Source: an uncultured Bryobacteraceae bacterium (GTDB taxonomy: Bacteria > Acidobacteriota > Terriglobia > Bryobacterales > Bryobacteraceae). From it: 64,000 nucleotides of DNA. Shown one piece after another: positions 49,243 through 58,883 of the stretch. The notes below the pieces were generated by a model. That model worked only from the letters and a program-made list of their open reading frames with translations, did not search any database and was not told where the DNA came from. The position numbers were made by a program, and so were the translations under genes. Position 1 is the stretch's first letter, and the number at the start of each line of letters is the position of its first letter. Location: positions 159,513-223,512 of the forward strand of contig CALKXJ010000001.1 in the NCBI GenBank assembly GCA_938003835.1, given 5' to 3'.

Positions 49243-49724
49243 TCTACGTTGACACGAGTGCTCTGATACCGATCTATATCCCCGAGCCTTTTTCTCCAAC
49301 TGCTCGCGCTGTTGCGTATGAAGCCGGCCAGGTTCCCCTTACGGTGCTGCATGAGCTCGAGCTGGCGAATGCATGCGAGCGAATGGTGGGGCGGGGGCTG
49401 ATCACCCGCGCGGAGTGCCGGGGGGTTCTCCGGCAACTCTCGAGCGACATCGAGGCTCGAAGGTTAGCGCGAACCACCCTGGATTTGGAGAACTTGTTCG
49501 CGGAGGCCGCCACGCTGTCGCGGCGATACACTGCCAGGTTCCTCGCCCGCAGCCTTGACTTGCTGCACGTCGCCGCGGCGCACCAGCTCCGCTCGAGAGA
49601 GTTCGTCTCGGCCGACGATCGCCAGCTTGCCGTCGCCAAAGCCAGTGGTCTGGCGACCGTCGACATCAAGAGGCCTCTCCGCAAGCGCCAGGTTGAAGCA
49701 GGGACGCCGCGCCGTCAATCCTGA
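49239..49724 (+). CDS. vapC: PIN-domain toxin (VapC-like)
   Basis: The GTG start overlaps the antitoxin stop (GTGA). IYVDTSALI, SLDLLHVAAA, FVSADDRQ acidic motifs. Confidence 0.8.
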   Translation: MIYVDTSALIPIYIPEPFSPTARAVAYEAGQVPLTVLHELELANACERMVGRGLITRAECRGVLRQLSSDIEARRLARTTLDLENLFAEAATLSRRYTARFLARSLDLLHVAAAHQLRSREFVSADDRQLAVAKASGLATVDIKRPLRKRQVEAGTPRRQS

Positions 49725-49794
49725 TGCCTGCAACCGCGCGGCCGAAGGCTCGACGTCTCTATGGCGGTGGCCAGAATATACTGGGCGGATAGCT

Positions 49795-52560
49795 ATGGTG
49801 CCCAGGCTGTTTTATTTTCTCGTTGTCCTCCTCGCTCTGGTTCTTTCCTCCGGCTGCCGGAAGGCGCCGGTGCCTCGCGCCGAACATCCCCGTCCCGATT
49901 TTGAGCGCGCCGAATGGGTGAACCTCAACGGTGAATGGGAGTTCCGGTTCGATCCGATCGATGTGGGACTGGCGCAGAACTGGCAACGGCCCGGGGTGGT
50001 TTTCGATCGCAAGATCGTCGTCCCTTTCTGCTGGGAGAGCAGGCTCTCCGGCATCGCCGACTCGAGCGGCAACCAGATCGGCTGGTATCGCCGGAAGATT
50101 TCGGCGCCCCGCGCCTGGAGCGGCCGGCGCGTCTGGCTGCGCTTCGAGGCGGTTGACTGGGAAGCGCAGGTCTGGCTGGACGGCAAGTTCATCGGCAAAC
50201 ACGAGGGCGGATACACGCCGTTCGCCTTCGACGTCACCGAGCATCTGGCGCCCGGCGGCTCGGCCACGCTGGTCGTGCGCGCCTTCGACCCCACCGACCG
50301 CCACCTGCCCACCGGCAAGCAGATCGCAGCCTGGTACACCTTCACGAGCGGCATCTGGCAGACGGTCTGGCTCGAGGCGCGCCCAGCGACCTATCTCGAC
50401 GAGCTGCGGCTGGTTCCCGTCAACAACGGGGGCGCCTGGTCGCTCAAGGTCGAGGCCCGGCTGCGCGGTCAGGACGGCAAGGCGCGGTTGCGCCTTTCAA
50501 GCCCCGATGCCACGGTGAAGGCCGCCGAGGGCGAGGTCGAGCTTCGCCAGGGCGAGGCGACCTTCTCGGCGAGCCTGCCGGTCGAGCAGCCCAAACTCTG
50601 GTCGCCCGAAAGCCCGCACCTTTACGACCTCGAAGTCGAGGTGGAGGGCACCGGCGGGCCGGTCGATCGCGTCAAGACCTACTTCGGCCTGCGTACCGTA
50701 GGCCGCGGATTCGCCCCCGGTCTCAAGCACGAATCGATCCTGCTGAACGGCAAACCGGTCTATCTGCGCGGGGCGCTCGATCAGTCATTCAACCCGGAGG
50801 GCATCTACACTGCGCCGAGCGACGAGTTCCTCCGCCGCGACATGGAGATCGCCAAAGGCCTGGGGTTGAACGCGCTGCGCATCCACATCAAGATCGACGA
50901 GCCGCGGCGCCTCTACTGGGCCGACAAGCTGGGCGTCCTCATCATGCAGGACATGCCCTCCACCTGGGAGCACAGCGAGCGCGCCCGCGCCGCCTGGGAG
51001 AGCACGATGCGGGCCGCCATCGCGCGCGACCGGAACCATCCCTCGATCTTCGCCTGGGTGCTTTTTAACGAGACCTGGGGCATCGGAGGCAACGATTACA
51101 AGCAGCGGCCCGACATTCAGGAGTGGGTCAAGTCGATGTTCCACGCGGCGAAGGAGCTCGACCCGACCCGCCTGGTCGAGGACAACTCGCCCAACCGCTA
51201 CGACCACGTCATCACCGACATCAACTCCTGGCACTTTTACATCGACGATTACGAGAAAGCCCGCGCGCACATCGAAGAGGTGGTGCGCAACACCTACCCC
51301 GGCTCCAGCTTCAACTTCGCTCCCGGCTACAAACAGGACACGGCGCCGCTGATCAACTCCGAATATGGTTCGGTGTCGGCCACCGGCGGGGACCGCGACG
51401 TCTCCTGGGGCTTCCGGTACCTCACCACGCTGCTGCGCAAGCACGAGAAGATCCAGGGCTACGTCTACACCGAGCTCACCGACATCGAGTTCGAGCACAA
51501 CGGCCTGGTCAACTATGACCGTTCGCCGAAGGAGTTCGGCTACGACGCCTTCGTCGAAGGGATGACGGTCGCTGATTTGCAAGGCGAGGACTTTGTCGGC
51601 TTCGATGCGCCGCCCGCCATCGTCACCGAGCCGGGCGCCGACGTCGAAGTGCCGATCTTCGTCAGCCATTTCTCGGAGCGCGAGGGCGAGGTCTTCGTCA
51701 AGCCGCGGCTGGTGGGCGTCGACGATCTCGGCCGCGATGTGCGCGTCGAGCTGGATGCCCGCCCGGTCACCTGGGCGCGCTACCGCGTCACGCCTCAAAG
51801 GCCTCTGCTGGCGACCTTGCCCAGGGACCGCAGCTTCACCGGCGCGCTCACCATGGAGCTCCTCGATGGTTCCGGCAAGCGCCTGGGAGCGAACTTCGTC
51901 AACATCATCGCCTGGCGCAAGCGCTCGGATCCCACCGCGCGGCAGGACGTTGAACGGCTGGATGCGCGGCGCCTGGTGCTTCGCCGATCGCCGCTCGGCG
52001 TTCATGCCAACTACTGGAGCGGCGCCGGGGCGCCCAACCGCCTCACACGCCGCCGGGATGCTCCGAAGCTCTGGATCCTCGGCGCCGGAATGGTGGAGTA
52101 CCAGTTCGAGGTGCCGCGCGAGGTGATCGAAGCCGGGCCCGTGCGGCTGGGCCTGCTCGCCGAGCTGGCGGCGAAGGCCCGCGACGAAAAGCTCGCCTGG
52201 CCGCAGGAGATCACGCTGCTCGACTACCCGCAGACCGACACTGTCAAGCATCCGGCGACGGTGAACATCATTGTCAACGGCCACCGCCTGGAGCCGGTTC
52301 AACTGGCGGACGATCCGGCCGACGCCCACGGCGTGCTGTCTCACCATGCCGGTTTCCATCACGGCAGCTACGGCTATCTGGTGCGCGGCGAGCTGGTGCT
52401 CGCCGGCCTCGACGGCTTCCTCGAGAACCTGCGGCGGCGTGCCCTGGTGCGGGTGATCTTCGAAGTTCCCGGCGGCGGGCTGGCCATCTATGGCGAGCGG
52501 ACCGGACGCTATCCGCTCGATCCGACGATCATCATCGAAACGGAACGCGACATTCGCTGA
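49795..52560 (+). CDS. Glycoside hydrolase family 2 lipoprotein
   Basis: ATG at 49795 with lipobox LVLSSGC. WYRRKISAP, GGYTPFAFDVT, WVLFNETWG. The upstream part of the track ORF overlaps vapC. Confidence 0.82.
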   Translation: MVPRLFYFLVVLLALVLSSGCRKAPVPRAEHPRPDFERAEWVNLNGEWEFRFDPIDVGLAQNWQRPGVVFDRKIVVPFCWESRLSGIADSSGNQIGWYRRKISAPRAWSGRRVWLRFEAVDWEAQVWLDGKFIGKHEGGYTPFAFDVTEHLAPGGSATLVVRAFDPTDRHLPTGKQIAAWYTFTSGIWQTVWLEARPATYLDELRLVPVNNGGAWSLKVEARLRGQDGKARLRLSSPDATVKAAEGEVELRQGEATFSASLPVEQPKLWSPESPHLYDLEVEVEGTGGPVDRVKTYFGLRTVGRGFAPGLKHESILLNGKPVYLRGALDQSFNPEGIYTAPSDEFLRRDMEIAKGLGLNALRIHIKIDEPRRLYWADKLGVLIMQDMPSTWEHSERARAAWESTMRAAIARDRNHPSIFAWVLFNETWGIGGNDYKQRPDIQEWVKSMFHAAKELDPTRLVEDNSPNRYDHVITDINSWHFYIDDYEKARAHIEEVVRNTYPGSSFNFAPGYKQDTAPLINSEYGSVSATGGDRDVSWGFRYLTTLLRKHEKIQGYVYTELTDIEFEHNGLVNYDRSPKEFGYDAFVEGMTVADLQGEDFVGFDAPPAIVTEPGADVEVPIFVSHFSEREGEVFVKPRLVGVDDLGRDVRVELDARPVTWARYRVTPQRPLLATLPRDRSFTGALTMELLDGSGKRLGANFVNIIAWRKRSDPTARQDVERLDARRLVLRRSPLGVHANYWSGAGAPNRLTRRRDAPKLWILGAGMVEYQFEVPREVIEAGPVRLGLLAELAAKARDEKLAWPQEITLLDYPQTDTVKHPATVNIIVNGHRLEPVQLADDPADAHGVLSHHAGFHHGSYGYLVRGELVLAGLDGFLENLRRRALVRVIFEVPGGGLAIYGERTGRYPLDPTIIIETERDIR

Positions 52561-52579
52561 TGCCGAGGAAGGAGAGTTT

Positions 52580-53257
52580 ATGCAGAGACTGAGACACCTG
52601 GCGGTTCTGGCCGCCGCTCCGGCGATTCTGGCCGGCCTCGCCTGGGCCGCGCCGAAGCCGATCCCCCTGTTTAACGGCAAGGACCTCACCGGCTGGACAC
52701 ACTATCTTTGGGACAGCCAGGCCAAGCAGCAGGACACGACGACGCCGATGTCGGCGGTCTGGAGTGTCAAGGATGGCGTTCTCATCTGCCAGGGCAAGCC
52801 CGTCGGTTACATCCGCACCGACAAGGAGTATGAGAACTATCGCCTGACGCTCGAGTGGCGCTGGCCGGCGGGCACCGAAGGCGGCAACAGCGGGGTGCTG
52901 GTGCACACGACGACGCCTAACGCGCTGGGGCCGTGGCCGAAGTCGATCGAGGTCCAGCTCGCCAAGGACAACGCGGGAGACTTCTGGGTCATCGGCACCA
53001 CCATCGAGGTGGAGAACGCCGAAACGCGGCGGCAGGGCCGCCGTCATATTAACTTGACGGACGGCTCGGAGAGGCCGATCGGCGAATGGAACAAGATGGA
53101 GATCGAGTGTCGCGGCGACGAGATCAAGGTCTGGGTGAACGGCGATTTCGTGAATCACGCCACGAAAGCCAGCGAGCGCCGCGGCGCCATCGCGCTTCAG
53201 TCCGAGGGGGCGCTGATCCACTTTCGCAACATCTATCTCACGCCGCTCGAGCGCTGA
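52580..53257 (+). CDS. Secreted DUF1080 (3-keto-disaccharide hydrolase-like) protein
   Basis: ATG at 52580 after GGAAGGAGAG. LFNGKDLTGWTHY and GAIALQSEGALIHFRNIYL. Confidence 0.8.
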   Translation: MQRLRHLAVLAAAPAILAGLAWAAPKPIPLFNGKDLTGWTHYLWDSQAKQQDTTTPMSAVWSVKDGVLICQGKPVGYIRTDKEYENYRLTLEWRWPAGTEGGNSGVLVHTTTPNALGPWPKSIEVQLAKDNAGDFWVIGTTIEVENAETRRQGRRHINLTDGSERPIGEWNKMEIECRGDEIKVWVNGDFVNHATKASERRGAIALQSEGALIHFRNIYLTPLER

Positions 53258-53277
53258 GGGCCGCTAGAATTGAAGTG

Positions 53278-54099
53278 ATGGTCCTGACACCCGTTGTGGC
53301 GCTGGTGTTGTTTGCGGCGGCGCTCCAGGCCCAGGCTCCCACAGCGCTATTCGAGAAAGCTCCGCCCGATGTGGATGCCGCGCTAAGGGAGCGCGTGCGG
53401 CTGTTCTACCAGGCGCACGTCGACGGCAAGTTCCGGCTGGCCGACGCGGTCGTGCACGAGGACAGCAAGGACGCCTACTTCGCCGCCGAGAAGACCCGCT
53501 ACAAAGGCTTCGAGATCATCCGCATCAACTACTCGGAGAATTTCACCCGGGCACAGGTGGTCACCGCGGTGGTGACCGATTTCGCAATGCCGGGATTCCC
53601 CTCGGCCGAGGCGCGTGTTCCGATCACCACCTTGTGGAAACTCGACGGCGGCGAGTGGTGGTGGTATGTGGAGCCGCCCGGCGAGGGCCGCCAGACGCCG
53701 TTCGGCACGATGAAGCCGGGCGAGGGTTCGGGTGCAGACAATCCCTTCGCTCTGCTGCGGAAGATGCCGAGCGCCGAGGAGATTCAGGGCCAGGTCGGCG
53801 TGGACAAGACCGAGGTGCGGCTGGGCCCGGGCGGCGCCGGCGAGGTGGTGGTGACCAACCGCATGCCCGGCCCGGTGACGCTCGAGCTCGAGTTGCCCGC
53901 CCAGGCGGGTTTTGAAGCGAAGCTCGAGCGGGCCGATTTGAAGGCCAAGGAACAGACCCGCATCCTGTTTCGCGCCCCGGCGTCGGCCGGGACCGGCTCG
54001 AGCGAGCTCCGGCTGCGGGTGCTGCCTATCAACCGCGTGGTCGCGATCCGCGTACTCATCAGCGGCGCGGAGCCGGCCGCCGCGACGCCCAAACTTTAG
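53278..54099 (+). CDS. Secreted hypothetical protein
   Basis: ATG at 53278 with signal peptide VVALVLFAAALQAQA. No recognised domain. Confidence 0.65.
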   Translation: MVLTPVVALVLFAAALQAQAPTALFEKAPPDVDAALRERVRLFYQAHVDGKFRLADAVVHEDSKDAYFAAEKTRYKGFEIIRINYSENFTRAQVVTAVVTDFAMPGFPSAEARVPITTLWKLDGGEWWWYVEPPGEGRQTPFGTMKPGEGSGADNPFALLRKMPSAEEIQGQVGVDKTEVRLGPGGAGEVVVTNRMPGPVTLELELPAQAGFEAKLERADLKAKEQTRILFRAPASAGTGSSELRLRVLPINRVVAIRVLISGAEPAAATPKL

Positions 54100-54117
54100 C
54101 TCGACGCTTGGGCAGCC

Positions 54118-55251
54118 TCAACGTCCGATGACGAGCGGCGGCTTGCCCGCGCGGGCGATCTCCTCCCAGGCGAAGATCAGGAAGTTTTTTCCGGAGGAGT
54201 TCATCGCCACCAGCAGGCCGTTCGGGAACTGCGGCCCCAGGGCGGCGGAAGTCACCTCGATGCCGTCGGTGGAATCGGCGCCGCCGCGCACCGCCTTAAT
54301 CACCTCGGTGTGATCGTGGGGGTTGCCCGGCCGGCCCTCGCGGCGAAAGATCAGGTAGCGGCTGTTGCCTTCCACCTGATCGGTCGCGATCACGTAGCCG
54401 GTCCCGTCCTCGCGCGCATAGATGCCGATGCCCTCGCGGTCGCCGCGGAACCCCTCCCGGCCGAAGTGGGCCAGCTCGCGCGCCGCCTCCGGATGGTCCG
54501 GATCGGCATGCCATTTGTGAATGCCGTCGCCTTCGTCGGCGTAGTAGACATAGCCGAGCTCGTCGTCGACGGCGATGGCTTCGATCTCGCCACGCCCGCT
54601 GAAGAGACCAAAGGCGCGCACCCTGACCGCGCGAACGGCGCCTGAGCCGTCATCCTCGAGCCGGTACTGCCACAGGTAGCCCTCGCGCGGTCCGCTCTTG
54701 CGGCCGACGACGGCGAAGATCGCGCCGTCACGGGGCCTGCGGTAGAGCGCAATGCCCATGGGGGCGGCGAAATCACCCTGCTCACCTTCGAAAACCGCAA
54801 TGCCGCCGGCGGGCGGGAGCTCTTCGAGCAGGCCCGCCTCGGGATCGATCCGGTACAGCCGCAGGCGGCTCCGGTGGCGCTCGGCGACAACGGCGATATC
54901 GACCAGGCGGCCGCCGAGCGCAAGGCCGTATTCGACGTCGACGTTGTTGGGCCGGTCCAGCTCGCCGATCGTCTGCCGGATTTTACCGTCCAGGCCGAAG
55001 ACCACGAGCGCCCCGCGGGGCGCTGCCGCCTTGTTGGTGCCGATGATTATGCTGCGCCCCGGATCCTGCGGGTTGTGCCAGAGGGCGGGGTCGTCCGGAT
55101 CGTCGGTGACGGCCTCGGTGGCAAGCGCGGGCCGCACGTCGAAGACGGGGAAGGTCTCCTGCCGGCGGCAGCCCGCGAGCGCGGCGAGAACACACAGCGC
55201 CGCCAGCGTCCGGCTCGCAAGAGTTTCCCATGAGGTCTGCCTGCTGCTCAT
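54118..55251 (-). CDS. Beta-propeller phytase (3-phytase) family protein
   Basis: DDPDDPALWHNPQDP, IIGTNK, NNVDV, GIHKWHADPD repeats typical of BPP. Lipoprotein-like leader. Confidence 0.75.
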   Translation of the reverse strand: MSSRQTSWETLASRTLAALCVLAALAGCRRQETFPVFDVRPALATEAVTDDPDDPALWHNPQDPGRSIIIGTNKAAAPRGALVVFGLDGKIRQTIGELDRPNNVDVEYGLALGGRLVDIAVVAERHRSRLRLYRIDPEAGLLEELPPAGGIAVFEGEQGDFAAPMGIALYRRPRDGAIFAVVGRKSGPREGYLWQYRLEDDGSGAVRAVRVRAFGLFSGRGEIEAIAVDDELGYVYYADEGDGIHKWHADPDHPEAARELAHFGREGFRGDREGIGIYAREDGTGYVIATDQVEGNSRYLIFRREGRPGNPHDHTEVIKAVRGGADSTDGIEVTSAALGPQFPNGLLVAMNSSGKNFLIFAWEEIARAGKPPLVIGR

Positions 55252-55598
55252 TCCCTCTTCTGATTTGCTCCTTCGCCATATTGAAGCACGGTGACCTTCT
55301 CGAGTGTCACCAGGCCGCTGCCCATCATCTGGTCGAGCACCGGCAGGAACCGGTCGATCTTCTCCTGGCTGTCGACAATCTCGACCACGATGGGCAGGTC
55401 CTCCGAGAGCCGGAGGATTTTGGCCGAATGCAGGCGGCTCGAATGTCCGAAGCCCATCGGCCCGCGCAGGACGGTGGCGCCGCCGAGGTGCATCTCGCGC
55501 GCCTTCAGCACGATGGCTTCATAGAGCGGCCGGCGGCCATAGCGGTCGTCCTCGCCCAGGAAGATGCGCAGCAGGACGGCCTCACGCGGAATCTGCAT
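55248..55598 (-). CDS. DUF190 (PII-like) protein
   Basis: LLRIFLGEDDRYGRRPLYEAIV...GATVLRGPMGFG. ATGA overlap with the phytase gene. Confidence 0.8.
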   Translation of the reverse strand: MQIPREAVLLRIFLGEDDRYGRRPLYEAIVLKAREMHLGGATVLRGPMGFGHSSRLHSAKILRLSEDLPIVVEIVDSQEKIDRFLPVLDQMMGSGLVTLEKVTVLQYGEGANQKRE

Positions 55599-55606
55599 GG
55601 TTTTCT

Positions 55607-55990
55607 CTATTCATTGAAGTGCGTGCCCAGGCCGTAGCCGGCCCAGACGGCCACCAAACACATGAGCAGCATGAGCGAGATGTTCGAGGCGGCCTTCCAC
55701 CACTCGCCGTCATGCAGCATCCGCAGGGTTTCGAGGCTGAATCCGGAGAAGGTGGTAAAGCCGCCGCACAGGCCGATCATGACAAACTGCCGCGCCGCCG
55801 TCGGAACCAGCAACCTCCCCTCGGGCGCGACGAGCGCCGCGAACAGGCCGATGGCGAACGATCCCAGCACGTTCACCGACAGCGTTCCGTAGGGAAAGGT
55901 ATCGCCGATCCACCGCGCCGCCAGCGCGCTCACCGTATAGCGTCCTACCCCGCCGAGCGCGCTGCCCAGCGCGACCCACAGCCAGACCAA
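55607..55990 (-). CDS. crcB: Fluoride channel CrcB/FluC
   Basis: 127 aa, four TM segments, GLCGGFTTFSGFSLE signature. Confidence 0.9.
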   Translation of the reverse strand: MVWLWVALGSALGGVGRYTVSALAARWIGDTFPYGTLSVNVLGSFAIGLFAALVAPEGRLLVPTAARQFVMIGLCGGFTTFSGFSLETLRMLHDGEWWKAASNISLMLLMCLVAVWAGYGLGTHFNE

Positions 55991-55991
55991 T

Positions 55992-56456
55992 TTACTTAAT
56001 CTCCGGGCTGTTAGCGTCGGCCGGCTCCTGGCCCCAGTTCTCGCGCACCACCAGCGTCTGGTCGGAGAAGAAGCTCCTTCGGCCGGTGCTGTTATAGACC
56101 ACCGGGTTGGCGTTGATCGTGTAACCGGTGGGCGTGGCCTGGAGAATGAAGCGGTAGCCGCTCTTTTCTCCCTTTGCCAGATCGCCCGGGATCAGATCCG
56201 CCGCGGCCGGCCCGGGCGCCCCGCTCGCCGGTGGACCGAGCTCCTCGAGCGTCTTGGCGTAGCGCCCGAACTGCGAGTAGTACTGCGTCTGCGCCGTGTG
56301 AATGGTGCGGATCTGCTGGATGGCGGCCATCTCCTGGGTGTGCATGCGCGCCTTGTCCAGCTTGGGGACGGCGATGGCAGCGATGATGAGGATGATCGCG
56401 ATCACGATCAGCAGCTCGATCAGCGAGAAGCCCCGCCGGCGGTCATCGTTTCGCAT
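55992..56456 (-). CDS. Prepilin-type N-terminal cleavage/methylation domain protein (pilin/pseudopilin)
   Basis: RRGFSLIELLIVIAIILIIAAIAVP. Confidence 0.88.
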   Translation of the reverse strand: MRNDDRRRGFSLIELLIVIAIILIIAAIAVPKLDKARMHTQEMAAIQQIRTIHTAQTQYYSQFGRYAKTLEELGPPASGAPGPAAADLIPGDLAKGEKSGYRFILQATPTGYTINANPVVYNSTGRRSFFSDQTLVVRENWGQEPADANSPEIK

Positions 56457-56477
56457 CGGAATTCTGCTCCCTCTTCC

Positions 56478-58883
56478 TCAGTATGACGCCTTCCAGCGCT
56501 CGGCTGTGGAGGCGGGCGCCGCCCGGGAGCGCCCGGCGAGGCGCTGCTCGATCGAGGCGAGCAGCCGCGGCTCGTCTTCGATCTCGAGGCCGATCCGCAA
56601 CCAGTAGATTTCGACCGGTTCGACCAAAGCCGCGGCATCCGCGGGCAGGTTCATCGCGTCCTTCTCCGTAGTGAGCAAAGCCTGGGCGCCGCGGCCGCGG
56701 GCTTCGCCGGCCAGCCGCCGGAGCTCGCGCGGCCGGTAGGGATGGTGGTCGGGGAACTCCCAGCGAACCAGCGGCCGGCATCCCAGGCCACGCAAGGTAC
56801 GCCAGAACGAGGCAGGCTGGGCCAGCCCGCAGAAGGCCGCCGCCGCGCCGCCGCGGAATCGCTGCGGCGCTTCCATCTCGCCGGTGGCCAGGCGCACCCA
56901 ACCCACCGGCACGAGGCGGCAGCGGAAGACGGGAGCCCTCGGGTTGATGCTGTGCAGGCGTGCCTCGATGGCCGCAAGCGGCAGGCCCGGTTCCGCCCGG
57001 CTGATCACCAGCAGGTCGGCGCGAGCCAGTTCCTCGACCGGCTCGCGAAGCCTTCCGAGCGGGAGAAGAGCGTCGCCGCCGAAGGGATCCTGGGCGTCGA
57101 TGAGGACCACGTCGAGCGAGCGCGCCAGGCGCCAGTGCTGGAAGCCGTCGTCGAGCAGGATGACGTCCGGGCGAAAGCGCTCCTCGATCAGACGCCCCAC
57201 GGCGTAGCGGTCCGCGCCGATGCCCACCGCCGCCACGCCCGAGCGGAGAAAGATCTGCGCCTCGTCGCCCGTGATGGCCGTCGAGACGGTCGCCGCGGGC
57301 GGCAGGATTGTGGCGTGCGCGGGGAAGCGCCGGCGATATCCGCGCGTGAGGATCGCCGGCTGCCGGCCGGCGGCGGAGAGACGCTCAGCCAGATGAAGTA
57401 CGAACGGGGTCTTGCCTGCACCCCCGACGGTGATTCCGCCCACGCTGATCACCGGGGTGGAAAGGCTCACTCGGCCTGCGAGGGCCCGGCTGCGTCTTCG
57501 ACGGACTCCCCAGCCCCACAGCCAGGCCGCCGGACTCAGGAGTGCTGAGACCACCGGAGGCGGGAGCCGCTTCCGGATCGCCTGATCGGTCAGGCGGCGA
57601 ATCTCGTTCAAGGCGCGTTCGGTTGCTCCCCGCCGGGCCTCGGCCAGTTGCCGGGCGCGCTCACCCAGCCTCCGACGCTCGACTGGGTCACGGAGCAGGC
57701 GGACGACAGCTTCGTAAAGCTCTCCCGGCGCCCGAATCTCCACCAACGCCCCGGCGCGCCGAAACTCCTCCGCGATATCAGGAAAGTTCTCAAAGTGCGG
57801 CCCGGCGATGACCGGACAGGCGAAGAATGCCGGCTCGAGCAGGTTGTGCCCGCCGCGGGCTGCCAATGTGCCCCCGAGAAAGACCACGTCGGCAAAGCGG
57901 AAGAGGCTGTTGAGCTCGCCGATGGAATCGAGCAGCAGAACGCCCGGGAGGGCGAGCTCCCGGCTGTCTGCGAGCGCCGACCGGCGAACGAAAGGGATGC
58001 CTGCCCGCTCCAGCTTCCCCGCCACCACAGGGAAGCGCTCCGGGCGGCGCGGCGCCAGAATGAGCAACAACCGCGGGTACGCCGCCGCCAGGGCCGTAAA
58101 GGCCGCGAGCACGGCATCGTCCTCGTCGAAGTCGCCGGCCGAGGCGGGGGGCATGGTGCTGGCCGCGATCCACAGCGGCTGGGGCGCAAGGCGGCGAATC
58201 CAGCTCGCGAGGACCTCCGGGGGCACGGCCCGCGCCGGATCGAAGTCATACTTGAGATTGCCGGCCACCTGCACCCGTTCCGGAGGCGCACCCAGTTCCC
58301 GATACCTCTCTGCCGCCGGCGGGTTCTGCGCCAGAATGGCGTCGGGCAGAGCCAGGACGCCTCCAAGCAGGGGCTTGAGCGCTCGGTAGCGGGGCAGGGT
58401 GCGGTCGGAGATCCGCGCGTTGACAACGACGAGCGCCGCGCCGCTGCGCTTCACCTCCCGGTAAAGGTTGGGCCAGATCTCGGTCTCGAGCACGACCACC
58501 AGCGACGGGCGAAGGCGCCGCAGCACGGCGCGGATGGCGAAGCAGTAATCGATGGGAGCGTAGAAGATGCCGTCCGCCAATGCCCCGAGCTTTTCTTCGG
58601 CGACGGCCTTGCCCGCCAGCGTCGTGGCGGAGACGAAAATCTCCCGGCTAGGGTAGTCCGCCCGGAGCCGTTCGACGAGCCGGATCGAGGACAGCACCTC
58701 GCCGACGGAAACCGCATGCAACCAGATGGAGCCTTCCGCCGTCCCCACAACCGAGGCGGGCAGCCGGCCGAGCCGTTCCGGCAGGCTGCTCCAGTACTGC
58801 CGGTTGCGCCAGGACCGGATGAGCAGATAGAGAATGAGGAACGGAAAGGCAGCCGCCAGAACCAAGCGGTACAGGATTTGCAT
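56478..58883 (-). CDS. waaA/lpxK: Fusion of Kdo transferase (WaaA/KdtA, N-terminal) and tetraacyldisaccharide 4'-kinase (LpxK, C-terminal)
   Basis: 801 aa. N-terminal part has IWLHAVSVGEVLS and a GT-B layout. From about aa 425 come LSPAAWLWGWGVRRRR, then VISVGGITVGGAGKTPFVLHLAERL (LpxK P-loop). Confidence 0.85.
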   Translation of the reverse strand: MQILYRLVLAAAFPFLILYLLIRSWRNRQYWSSLPERLGRLPASVVGTAEGSIWLHAVSVGEVLSSIRLVERLRADYPSREIFVSATTLAGKAVAEEKLGALADGIFYAPIDYCFAIRAVLRRLRPSLVVVLETEIWPNLYREVKRSGAALVVVNARISDRTLPRYRALKPLLGGVLALPDAILAQNPPAAERYRELGAPPERVQVAGNLKYDFDPARAVPPEVLASWIRRLAPQPLWIAASTMPPASAGDFDEDDAVLAAFTALAAAYPRLLLILAPRRPERFPVVAGKLERAGIPFVRRSALADSRELALPGVLLLDSIGELNSLFRFADVVFLGGTLAARGGHNLLEPAFFACPVIAGPHFENFPDIAEEFRRAGALVEIRAPGELYEAVVRLLRDPVERRRLGERARQLAEARRGATERALNEIRRLTDQAIRKRLPPPVVSALLSPAAWLWGWGVRRRRSRALAGRVSLSTPVISVGGITVGGAGKTPFVLHLAERLSAAGRQPAILTRGYRRRFPAHATILPPAATVSTAITGDEAQIFLRSGVAAVGIGADRYAVGRLIEERFRPDVILLDDGFQHWRLARSLDVVLIDAQDPFGGDALLPLGRLREPVEELARADLLVISRAEPGLPLAAIEARLHSINPRAPVFRCRLVPVGWVRLATGEMEAPQRFRGGAAAAFCGLAQPASFWRTLRGLGCRPLVRWEFPDHHPYRPRELRRLAGEARGRGAQALLTTEKDAMNLPADAAALVEPVEIYWLRIGLEIEDEPRLLASIEQRLAGRSRAAPASTAERWKASY

